A DNA stretch of 64,000 nt, from NCBI GenBank assembly GCA_002269645.1, contig NIVC01000984.1, positions 62,001-126,000 of the forward strand, read 5' to 3'. The position numbers were made by a program, and so were the translations under genes. The notes beneath the pieces were generated by a model. The model saw nothing but the letters and a program-made list of their open reading frames with translations, was not told the DNA's origin and made no database searches. Shown here piece by piece: positions 48,001-58,654 of the stretch (positions are counted from its first letter, which is position 1; every line of letters begins with the position of its first letter). This DNA is from Macrostomum lignano. Taxonomy: Eukaryota.

Positions 48001-51000
48001 CATTTCGTCAATAAATATCGGATTGGGCTCGTAGCCGCCCACAGAGAGCGCGTCGCCCTGCAGTCGGAGATAGACGGAGGCGTCGTGGTCTCTGGTGTTG
48101 GGCATGTTTTGAATGCCTTCGATTCGTTCGGTCACAATGTAGGCGTGTCGCATTGCCACCTGCGGCACGGAGACGCCCGCTAATTTGCCGATGCTAGGCG
48201 CCCAGACGCCTGAGAGCCAGTTAGGCGGGTAAGCGATTAAATTGCTAAAAAATAGAATATTAGAGATTTGTGAGACCGCAGCTCAACCTCCTGGCCAGTA
48301 ACAATTCTGTCAGGCTGAAGTGGATCCTGGGGAACGAGTTGGCAGATATCCTCGCCAAGAGGGGGGGCGGCTTCGGCTCTTTCTTTGGCCCTGTTCCCCT
48401 GGTCCCTATACCTTATAGGTCATCAATCGTCAGATCGATGATGACTGGGCTGATTCCCTCTACAGTGACAGATGGGCGGGCACCCAGAACACCAAAAACT
48501 GCCAACAATCTCGTGCCGCAGTTCCGTGCCAATCTCGCAGGCTCAGGAACGTCCTTCGGAAGGATAAAATCGGAAGGATATTCGCGCCCTTGTCATGACC
48601 TTTACCGGCCATGGCTACATCGCCAGATCATGCATGGAGATCTAATCATTCTTCGCCCTTTCGAGACATCATGCATGGAGATCTAATCATTCTTCGCCCT
48701 TTCGAGACAGATCATGCATGGAGATCTAATCATTCTTCGCCCTTTCGAGACATCATGCATGGAGATCTAATCATTCTTCGCCCTTTCGAGACAGATCATG
48801 CATGGAGATCTAATCATTCTTCGCCCTTTCGAGACAGATCATGCATGGAGATCTAATAATTCTTCGCCCTTTCGAGACAGTTCATGCATGGAGATCTAAT
48901 CATTCTTCGCCCTTTCGAGACAGTTCATGCATGGAGATCTAATCATTCTTCGCCCTTTCGAGACAGTTCATGCATGGAGATCTAATCATTCTTCGCCCTT
49001 TCGAGACAGATCATGCATGGAGATCTAATGGTTGTTTCTATTAGAAATCTTGAGATTTTTTAACTGTTTAGAACTGGGTGTCTAGAGCTTGAAAACGGGT
49101 ACTATAGTCGTTAAGTACAAGTGTTTTTTTTCAGGGCCAGAGTTGAATGGCTTACCCGACGCGTTAACAATACACGAAGTGACAATGTCGCCTTTGTTGG
49201 TGCGCACTTTTCGTATTCGTCGGACGCCGAATTCGTCTTCGGCTGTCTCGATGCCGGTGACTCGGCAGCCCAGGACCGTCTGCAACACGGTTGGGAATTT
49301 GATGGGAAAACTTTCTGTTGGGGTGGGATTTCTGAGGGTCTCAGATTTTGGAGAGGTAAAGCGTAGGTTCCGTAAAGGAACCCAATCTGGTTCCAGGAAG
49401 GAAATTCACTGTATAGGTGCTGGGATCTAGGGAGAGAGTGAACTTCGTGATGCACCTTGCCGCCCATTTTAGCCGAGGCCCGAGACAGTGCGCTGCAATA
49501 GCCAGCCGGATCGATGGTGCCGTCGGTAGGCGAGTAAAGAGCGCCGGCCATGTCAGACACATTCATCAGCGGGTAGAGCTGCTTGGTCTCGGCCGGGCTT
49601 AGTATGCTGGACTCGATGCCGAACCACTTGCCGAGCTGTCGAATAAAATTGTTTAGAAATTCAAAAGTAGCATGTTACTTATATTTCTACTAACAGTAGG
49701 ATAGTTAGTTCGTGTTTATCATTATTTTAATTAGCTAACCACAGCCAAATCCATGGTGCCTGCCTTAAGATATAAAAATTTGGCCACTTTTATAGCGTCA
49801 AAACTTCACAAGTTCTAAATTTGTACCGAGTGTTTTACAGTGCCAGCATAACAAATAAATATTCGCAAGTGGGCACATCGTCCCACAACAAGAGATAAGA
49901 CAATTCTGCCCATTCCGCTGACTCCTGAGCACATGCATGCTTGGGCGCAACCTTGGGATTCACTCGGCCGCCTCTATCGGCAACACACACATGTAAGTCG
50001 CTATTGGACGGAATAGTAGTCACGTGACTGCTCTCAGCCAATAGCGACTTACATGTGTGTGTCGCCAATAGAAACGGCCGGGTGATTCCCAAAGTTGGGA
50101 AAGTTGCATTTAGGGTTGACCCTCATGGGTGTGAATCGCACGACAACCCCCTAGTTACGGAATCGAACCAGGGGTCGTGGCGCGAGAGTCGCTGAGCTGC
50201 TCCGCCTCTGTAGCAATACGAAGCTATTTGAGAATTGTAAAATTGGAATTATCTTCTTAGATTCTAAATTGCAAGAGAAGTTCTTCTTGAAAAAAAACAA
50301 ATTCTTCTTACAGTTTGCATCTGCTTGTACTCTAGCAGTCTTTTCTCGTTGTTAGCAATAAACAAGCCGCCATTCTGTATGTAGCCAGTACTGACGCCGG
50401 TTTCAGCTTCCAGCGACTTCATCAGATCCCAGCCGTAGGTTAGCATAACAATGTCAGTGTCGGACGGTCTCAGATGCCAGACTAGGCCTATGAGTTGGTT
50501 AATGAGAAATTAATATTTGCTTAGCTGTCTCGTAGCTGCTCAGCAGACCACTGCAACCCAACAGACATTCTAGACAGACAAACCCTGTAGGTCTTTCAAA
50601 TCCTGTAGGTTGCAATCCACCAGATCTTCCAGCGGACTGTTGCAACCCACCATATCTTCCAGCGGACTGTTGCACCCCACCAGATCTTTCAGAGAACTGT
50701 TGCAACCCTACAGATATTTCAGCGGACTGTTGCAACCCTACAGATATTTCAGCGGACTGTTGCAACCCTACAGATCTTCCAGTGGACTGTTGCAACCCTA
50801 CAGATCTTCCAGTGGACTGTTGCAACCCTACAGATCTTCCAGTGGACTGTTGCAACCCTACAGATCTTTCAGCGGACTGTTGCAACCCACCAGATATTTC
50901 AGCGGACTGTTGCAACCCTACAGATCTTTTAGTGGACTGTTGCAACCTTTTAACACTATTAATACTTTAATACAGGCAAAGTAGTAACAAAAGGCGCCCA

Positions 51001-51352
51001 CCCGCAGTGTGCCAAGTTGTTCCGGCAGTCAGTGCATCTTTTTCAAGCAGTACCACATTGCGCATGCCCATTTTGGCAAGGTGATAAAGCATGGAACATC
51101 CAATTGAGCCGCCACCAATGATGACAACTTGGGCCGATGTGGGAGCAGAAGTGCCTTCTGCTGTGGACAGGGAGCATCTAAAAATATCTAATCAAGTGAC
51201 TTTTACAACAGATAAATTATTTCAATATAGGAGAATAAAAAAGATTAGTAATACCTTGGTATTACAGAAGAAGCCTGCACAAAAGATAAGCGATTTAAAT
51301 TTACAATTTTTGCATAGCTTCTAGCCAGTATGCGGGACTGCAGCCAGGACAT
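45031..51352 (-). CDS. SARDH: Sarcosine dehydrogenase, mitochondrial, 8 exons
   Basis: Exons 51352-51255, 51177-51002, 50487-50312, 49635-49456, 49279-49156, 48209-47470, 46768-46041, 45520-45031, in phase. Transit peptide, [16 protein letters not shown] (covalent FAD His), [29 protein letters not shown], GcvT-like domain. Confidence 0.94.
45690..46025. repeat. 22 bp minisatellite (CTGACACAGGACTCAAACTAGC/T) in SARDH intron 7
   Basis: About 15 units. Confidence 0.93.
46830..47225. repeat. ~20-22 bp purine-rich minisatellite (GAGACTGGGAGAGAGGGAGT-like) in SARDH intron 6
   Basis: Degenerate tandem units. Confidence 0.85.
48295..48640 (+). mobile_element. LINE RNase H / C-terminal fragment in SARDH intron 5 (antisense)
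   Basis: [19 protein letters not shown]...FGPVPLVPI (RNase H end), and TGHG in another frame at ~48605. Confidence 0.65.
48622..49025. repeat. 43/47 bp minisatellite (AGATCATGCATGGAGATCTAATCATTCTTCGCCCTTTCGAGAC), ~9 copies
   Basis: Tandem units continuing directly from the LINE fragment. Confidence 0.93.
49948..50097. repeat. 150 bp palindrome/hairpin in SARDH intron 3 (MITE-like)
   Basis: Perfect 25 bp inner arms at 49983-50007 and 50038-50062, imperfect outer arms, central AGTCACGTGACT. Confidence 0.85.
50105..50212 (-). mobile_element. Possible tRNA-derived SINE head (different family)
   Basis: Minus strand: AGCAGCTCAGCG (A-box-like) ~25 nt before GGTTCGATTCC (B box). No cloverleaf. Confidence 0.35.
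50600..50945. repeat. 30 bp minisatellite (CAGATCTTCCAGCGGACTGTTGCAACCCTA) in SARDH intron 2
   Basis: About 11 units. Confidence 0.93.
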
Positions 51353-52139
51353 AATGATGCTGAAAGGTGATTTGTAAATGAAAGATATGAGCTATATATC
51401 TAAGTAGCAATTAAATTAAAATAAATAGATTAAAAACAACATAATGAGAAATATAAAGAAGTAATAAAGTTAAATTACTTTAATAAAGTATAATTAATTA
51501 ATATTAATTAATTAATTAATTAGTTAATTAATATTAGTAATTAATATTAATTAAATTATAAAAGTAATTTATAATAAAGTTAATAATATAAATATTATAT
51601 TATTGTAATGTTAAGTTTATATTATGAACTTTTATTATACTAATAATATTGTTATATAATGCTTATGTTGACCTTGATTGCATAGAAGAAAAAATAAAAA
51701 TTAAAAATTAAAATAAGTTCTTTCTTTTGGTTAATAAAAATGTATCCTCTCTTACAGAAGATATAAAAAGAAAGGTGAAAAGCAGAAAATATAGCCAAAA
51801 AGTATACTTCCTCAATATGTTTTCTTATAAATAAATTTTAAAGAAAATGCCAAGATACAATATTTTAAAATATAAACCAAAGCTAATTGTTCCAAATTTC
51901 TTTAATTACACGAAAAATTCTGAAATTAAAATATTTGTATATCTCTGATACTTCAATATACTTTCAATTATAAATACTAGAGCAGTTTGTAGAAAACAAT
52001 TAATGTTGACTGATTTTATGCCAATTAAAAGTATATACAGAAATAATAAATAGTCTAGTGTTGAAAAAATATTTGATTCTGTAGTTTCTAGTTTCTGACA
52101 TCACGAAAAGAAGAAAGCAGAAGTCGCATTGGCCTGTTT

Positions 52140-52240
52140 TACTAACACAATACCACCTAATATGCTCGCAAAACTGACTAAACTGACTTCCGGTTCTGGG
52201 TCTAATTGGTTAGGGGAGGCCACGTGACTAGTTACAATTA
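52140..52240. promoter_or_regulatory. Candidate SARDH promoter motif cluster
   Basis: ETS-like ACTTCCGG, ATTGG (CCAAT) and E-box GCCACGTGAC clustered in a GC-richer island ~0.8 kb upstream of the ATG. Motif matches only. Confidence 0.3.
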
Positions 52241-54582
52241 ATTATCGAATGCAAACAATTTATTAAAAGTCTTGCAAATAAGAATTTCTCATGAACACAG
52301 TTAATGCTAAGTTACATAACCTAATTTCGAATATACAACGTTTGAAGCATCTTTTTCGACACAATGACGATTTTTTGTTTATCTTTGTTCGAGCGCGAAA
52401 ACTTTGAAAGCGTGGGTTAAATTTTTTACGATGAATTGCTTATCACTACAAAATAAACTACTACATAATTGGGTGGAATATAAGTAGACTACTTAAGTCG
52501 TCCTTGTTCATTATTTATTTAATCGAGTGACTCGATCAATAGAACTTATTTATTCGTCTTGGGTTTTCATTAAAAATCGTAAAAGTATTAAGGGCGACTT
52601 AAGTAGTAACACAGAATATCCCACAGAATGCTCATTTGCTGAAAAACTATCTGGACGAATTAAAATTCCATGACTCTACTCTTGGAGGGAAGAAAGCAAG
52701 TAACAAAAATTCTTTTGTTATAAGTCATTTGTTATAAATCTTTTGTTATAAATCATAGACAATCGAAAAGTACTATTAGCTCAATGCTTATTCGTTCATC
52801 GATACACACTGCTGTGAGTAAAATACTACACCATGTATAAAACTCAGAACTGAACACTTTACTCCAATATGATTGAAAAATATAAATATTAGCCTAAGAG
52901 CCTGGTCAGGGCTGAGGCGCTTGAACGTATCAAATAAAAAAGAAAGAGAAGTAAAACACTGCGCCAAAATTCGAAAATTGTAAACTTTTTAACTCCAACT
53001 CGAACTGAAAATATATTAGCGTAAGAGCTCTTTCCTAATTGATATTTAACAAGTAAATTTTTAGATTCAGTCGGGAGATGCAAGTCTCTCTAATTTCTGG
53101 GCAGCTTTCTTATACCCAATATGAAAGGGAGGGGCAACTTCCTTAAGAAAACATCTATGGCACAGCTCCTAGAATTTTTACTAGAATTCCCCGCAGCGTT
53201 GACTACATTTAAAAGGATATAAAAGATGTATGTGTGCTACTCAGTTAACTCGGTTAACTCGATAGCTCAATGCGTATCTTTTTTGCATGCGGTTTTCATA
53301 CGGAGATCGGGAATGAGCATTCGGGTGATATTTTGTGTTGTATATATTGAGCAGAGAGAGTGAGAGCCCCTAAATTGAATGTGCTCGTAATTTACAGTAC
53401 AGTGTACAGTGTACAGTACAGTGTAATTTGTTTATTTGGAAAACAATGCTTTGTTTAGATTTTCTGTCAATAGTGTAAATGTGATGCTACACTAAATAAT
53501 CAGCGATGATCACCAAAGCACCTAAGGTCAAAATTTAGGGAATTTTCGAAGTTAAGATCAATCCTAACTCTTACCATATCACGGCTGAAAAAAAAGTTTT
53601 GTTACTTCAAAGCAATCTTACTACTAAAATGTATTGCTGCTAAAGTTATAAGACTTCATTGATAGGCAATGATATCTCGCTTTGAACCCTGACTGCTCTT
53701 TGAATCTGTTCAGAGAGGACCCAAAAAAGTGATCGGCTTAGTTTTCATGCTAAATCTTGATCAACTTTATCTACTAGCGTACTCAAGTTTTTAGCCATCT
53801 AACATAAAGTAAATCTTAATAACGCTCTTAGAATAATTATTAAACTGTTCGATTCGACCCTGTTTACATTTTTTCTATCGTTCTCTACGAGCCAGTTCAC
53901 GGCGATCCCCCGCACCGGTAGCAAGAAAAAAATTGTTTTCAACCGAGCCTTAAAGAACAAATTCGCGCAAGGGTTGGAGGGTTGGCGTTGCCTAAAGAAC
54001 GTTTTGCAGTTTTCGTTTCTTTCCTCGTGATGCGCCAAACGGACTGCGGCAAGGAAGTTTGGGGAATTCCCAATCGGCAAGTTCAGTGCAGCGTTAGAGG
54101 ACGAAAAACACAGGGCTAACGGAAGCGGTTCAACGGGAACAGTTCGTCAGCTAAGCGGACAAACATGTTTACCGGTAGCGAACGGGGGTTCTGAAAGTTC
54201 GTGGTGCACACCTATCTGAGGGTGCTGCTGGATTCTTCATCTGAATACGTCAGAACTTTTCCAGAACTGGATACGTAACCAACAACTGCCAATCGGATTC
54301 TCCACTTCCCTGGGCCAATCTGGCCGGCCCAGCCGCAGTCAAAACACTTTGGTGCCGGGGTTCCCCAGCCCATTCCGAATTGCCGACGTCAACAGAATTC
54401 GAACTCTTAAGAAGGTCGAACAAAACTAAGGTGCAAAACAGATCGATGCATCGCCTAAGAGTTCGAAAAACAACTCCAGTCTATATATACGATGCAGGTG
54501 AAGGCCTGTCCAGCAACAAATCTCCAAGGAGCTCATTCAGCGCTAGAAAGCTTTACTGCCAAGCAAGCTCGAAAAACCCAGC

Positions 54583-56176
54583 ATGAACTTCATCAAGGAT
54601 TCGATCTTCGGCCGGCCGGACGAGCCGGAGAAGCTCAAGAAGAAGATCCCGGGGCCCGGAGTGCCGATTCTGGGCGACCTGCCGACCGCCACCAAGTGGA
54701 CGCTGGCGAACCCGGGCAAGCTGCCGATGCACCGCACCCTGGAGCTGCACGGCCAGTTCGGCCCGGTCTACTCCTTCGGCGTCGGCTCGGCCACCTTCGT
54801 GATCGTCGGCGACCCGGCCATGTTCCGCCAGGTGCTCACTCACGAGGACTTTCAGGAGCACATCAACCTGCCATTCCTCAAGACCTTCGGCGCCCGCAAA
54901 GGAATCTTCATGGCCGACTACGAGCGCTGGAAGGTGCACCGCCGGTTCAGCCATCGCATCCTGCGAGACCTGGGCTTCGGCAAGATCCAGATGCAGGTGA
55001 GAGACGCAGCTGATCATGGTTGAGTTCAGGTGCAGCCCATCCAATCATTCAGGCATTCCAAATCAAGCACTGTTACTCCCCTCTCCCCCCAATCAGGACA
55101 ACATCCTCCGTGAGGCAACTCACCTGGTGGACGATCTCCGGTCGCGATGCTCGGAGCCGGTGGAGACGCGCGCCGCCATGTCCTGCGCAGTGTCCAACGT
55201 CATCAACCAGCTGGTGTTCGGCAAGCGGTTCGACTACAGCGAGCCGGAGTTCGCCAGGCAGCTGGACAGCGCCCGCATGGTCACCAACATCAGCCTGACT
55301 CTCGTGTTCTTCCCCATGATGTTCCCCTGGCTGGAGGGCCACCCGGACGTCATGAAGGCCCTGCCGGGCTCCGCCAGCTTCGCCGAGGGCTACGCCTTCA
55401 TCAAGGCCTTCTGCAAGCGCGAGATCGCCTGGCACAAGGAGAAGTTGGACTTCAACAATAACGAGGCCGACCAGCCCGAGGACTTCATTACCGCCTTCCT
55501 CCGCGAGCAGGTGCACCAGGACCCCGAATCGGAGCACTACTTCACTGACGACGATCTGTGCGACATTGTGGCCGATTTCTTCGTGGCCGGCACCGACACC
55601 ACGGCCGTGGCGCTCACCTGGGCCGCCCTGCTGCTGGCCAAGCACCAGGACGTGCAGGACCAAGTCCGCGCTGAGCTCTTCTACCTCGGCGACACCATCC
55701 TGGAGAAGCAGGCCGGCCTGCACTACACCCGCGCCTTCTGGGACGAGGTGCTGCGCTTCTGCATGCTGGTGCCCCTCAACATGCGCCACTCAGTCCGAGA
55801 GACCAGCGTCGGCGGCTACCGTATCCCGGCCGACACGGTGGTCGGCGCCAACGCCTACGCGGTGTCGCGCAACGCCGAGCTGTTCCCCGAGCCGGAGGCG
55901 TTCCAGCCGGCGCGGTTCCTGGACGCCGAGGGCTGCTACTGCCGCAGCCCGGCCATGGACGGCCTCGTGTTCGGCGCCGGCAAGCGGGGCTGCATGGGCG
56001 AGAGCCTCGCCCGCATGGAGATGCTGGTCTTCCTGGCCAGCCTGGTGCAGAACTTCCAGCTGGAGCTGCCGGAGAAGGAGCGACCGAGGTTCAGCGAGAT
56101 CTTCATCGGCGAGGACGGCGCCGTGCACCAGCCAAAGCAGCACCGGATTCTGTTCACCGAGCTGCACAGGGACTGA
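54583..56176 (+). CDS. Cytochrome P450, CYP2 clan, 2 exons
   Basis: Exons 54583-54996 and 55097-56176. PGP hinge, WKVHRRF (WxxxR), AGTDTT, EVLR, PARF and heme motif FGAGKRGCMGE are all intact. Confidence 0.93.
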
Positions 56177-56769
56177 GCCTCATAGCCTCATAGCCCTTGA
56201 CTTACCTCTACTTGTCTGCTAGTGCTTGTTCTATTTTTGTTCCACGCTTCTCTAGTCTGCAGATTCACAACTGTAATGTACTTGTTTATTGGTACAGCAG
56301 AAATCATTTTTCCTCCCCCTGGAAATCCATTGGGGGGAAGACTTTTTTGGTTGTTAACCTCTCGTGTACAAAGTTTGCATCTAAAAATACAAAAGCACTG
56401 CGCTCGATCGTACTGAAGCGCATTTGCCTAATACGGCAATCGGAAAATACTCATCATTTGTGCTAGCAATTGTCAAAGACGTTTTTGGCCAAGAACGCGT
56501 CTCAAAGCCGAGTTCAAGACCATGAGGTTTTTACAATATTTAGTATTTAGCATGGCGCTGCTTGGGGTCTTCCATGACTGTGAACTATTGTGCATAGCGG
56601 TTAGAAGTATTTGACATAGTTTATCTCAAAGATAGCAACTTCAATAGTTGACAAAGGTTAAACAGTAAAGAAAATAAACTGAACAGTAAACTGAACGTAC
56701 GAGCGTACATGTAAACTAAACAGCCAAGCTCCAAAGTTCTTATGTAAGGCATCCTGTTTTGACTCTTGG

Positions 56770-57060
56770 TGTAGATCTTGCTCTGGTGACTGTCGACACT
56801 CAAAAGACGTCTTTGGTGGCTCCTGCCGCCAAGGAAACTACTCTGGTGGCTGTCGACTTTCAAGAGACGTCTTTGGTGGCTCCTGCCGCTAAGGAAGCAC
56901 TTTGGCTGGCTGTCGATTCTCAAGAGACGTCTCTGGTGGCTCCTGCCGCTAAGGAAGCTACTTTGGTGGCTGTCGACTCTCAAGAGACGTCTTTGGATGC
57001 TCCTGATGCCAAGCAAACTACTCTGTTGGCTGTCGACTCGCAAAAGATACGTCTCTGGAT
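56770..57060. repeat. 60 bp tandem repeat, ~4.5 copies, open in one + frame (20 aa unit)
   Basis: Units translate as SLVAPAAKETTLVAVDSQET within ORF 56759-57157. Confidence 0.85.
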
Positions 57061-57282
57061 GCTTCTGCCGCCAACACGCACCTGCTTCAGTTGCAATTCG
57101 GAAGTCCAGAAGCTGAGACATTATGAATTTAAGGCTAAAAAGTTGAAAACTTTCTGACGTGACGCGAAAGTCAGGAACCGAATGTTGTTTAAACGAGTGT
57201 AAATTCTTGCGATATATTTGTAGTAGAATAGTCTAAGTTACTAGGTTAAATATTGTGAATATCGAATTACACTGATGACAAT

Positions 57283-58650
57283 GGGCCCGTACTATAAAAC
57301 TTTCGTAAGTTCCGTCGTACGATCGAACTTACGCACGAGAGTTGAGAACCGTCTCAGAATGTTCTTAAGTGCGTTCGGTGAAACTTTCGCAGATGCGTCG
57401 TAACTTACGCAGTAGCTGCGATCAAACTTAAGAATTCATGCCTGACTTTTTCCTCTGCCAGTGGTCTTTTTGGAACTGATTTTACCGTAATTGGAACTTA
57501 GCTCGTAAAACACACACGTTGCACTCTTAAATTAAAGTAAGAAAAAATCATGCTCATTTATACATTACCATTACAAGCAATATGAGCTATGACCATTTTA
57601 ACACAGGTCGATTCCATTGTTGTATTTAGGCACATTAAAAAACTTTCAAACAAGGGTGCCTTATTCATTCGCATATACAAATAAGGCCTAGCGAATTCCT
57701 TAATTACGCTCCTAGTGTCATTTTGACACATCACATGTCATTAAAATTAAGCTGTTGACTGCTCTCATTGCCTCGATTTTTCTTTTCTATCGTCAGTCTT
57801 TCCTGCTCAACGCGTAGACGTTCCGTCTCGATCTTCAGCCTCTCTCTCAATCTGTCGTTTTCAACTTCCAATCGAGCTTCCTCCACCCGAAGACGTTTTA
57901 TTTCTAAGCTTTCGATCAGCCCAAGTTTGCTCTGCTTTCGCTGACGCTTCGTGTTCTTGGCAGCGGGGTTAGCAACAGACTCTTCACTTTTTTCGTCGTA
58001 AGCTGTCTCGTACTCAGGCGATGCGCTTCTGCCAACAGCTTCGGAAAATTCATCAGCAGGCGCACTTGCGATATCAATGTACTTGGCCGCCGAGCTTGAT
58101 GCTGCACTGTTGGATTTAGGCAGCTGCAGCGTGTCAACACCACGTGGCACGCCTTCCACGACCTGTTTTCGGATGGACTGCGCCGCCTTCTCCTCTAAAC
58201 TCGACAGCTGTGGGGCCTGCGATGGACCGCCTCCTGTCTTAGCTTGCTCCTTGCGGATGCTAGCTACTTTGTTCTTCAGTTGACTCTTGAAGTCAGACCA
58301 CCGCTTTCGGCAGTTCTCTCCAGAACGTCCTTGTCCACCGACTGCATTCACGATATCGGCAATTTGCTGCCATCCGCGTTTTTGCGAAAATTCGCTTTGA
58401 CAGTATTTGCCGGGCTCTCCAGGTAACCTTTCCGTTCGTTCGTTGCTTCTTGCAGCGTCTCCAGTTCCGCCGTTGACCAGTTCGCCGCGCGTTTTTGTGC
58501 TGCGTTAGAATTCATTGCATTCCAATTATTTGACACTTTCGACCGTATCAGCTTCTCTTTATGCTGTTATACGAGCTATACGAGCGTAATTGCCACTCTA
58601 CTTAAATATCGATTGGTCAAGGCTGTTTGCAACCCTTCGACGGCAAGATC
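57283..58650 (-). mobile_element. Harbinger/PIF-like element (one TIR plus Myb/SANT gene), truncated
   Basis: Terminus GGGCCCGTACTATAAAAC...CTTAAG-rich subterminal region. No matching second TIR or DDE transposase found in the window. Confidence 0.65.
57731..58536 (-). CDS. Myb/SANT-like (MADF/MSANTD-type) DNA-binding protein, Harbinger ORF2, with one frameshift in an A run near 58385
   Basis: KRAANWSTAELETL...[+1 A]KRGWQQIADIVNAVGGQGRSGENCRKRWSDFK...KTGGGP plus a C-terminal coiled coil. Confidence 0.8.
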
Positions 58651-58654
58651 AATT

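Noticed and set aside
51480-51620. Extremely AT-rich TTAA-repeat patch
   Set aside because: Low-complexity sequence with no defined unit or termini.
54492-56222. Overlapping alternative-frame and antisense ORFs over the P450, and similar ones over SARDH, LRRC74 and Gypsy
   Set aside because: Expected shadows of GC3-rich coding sequence with few stops; no motifs.
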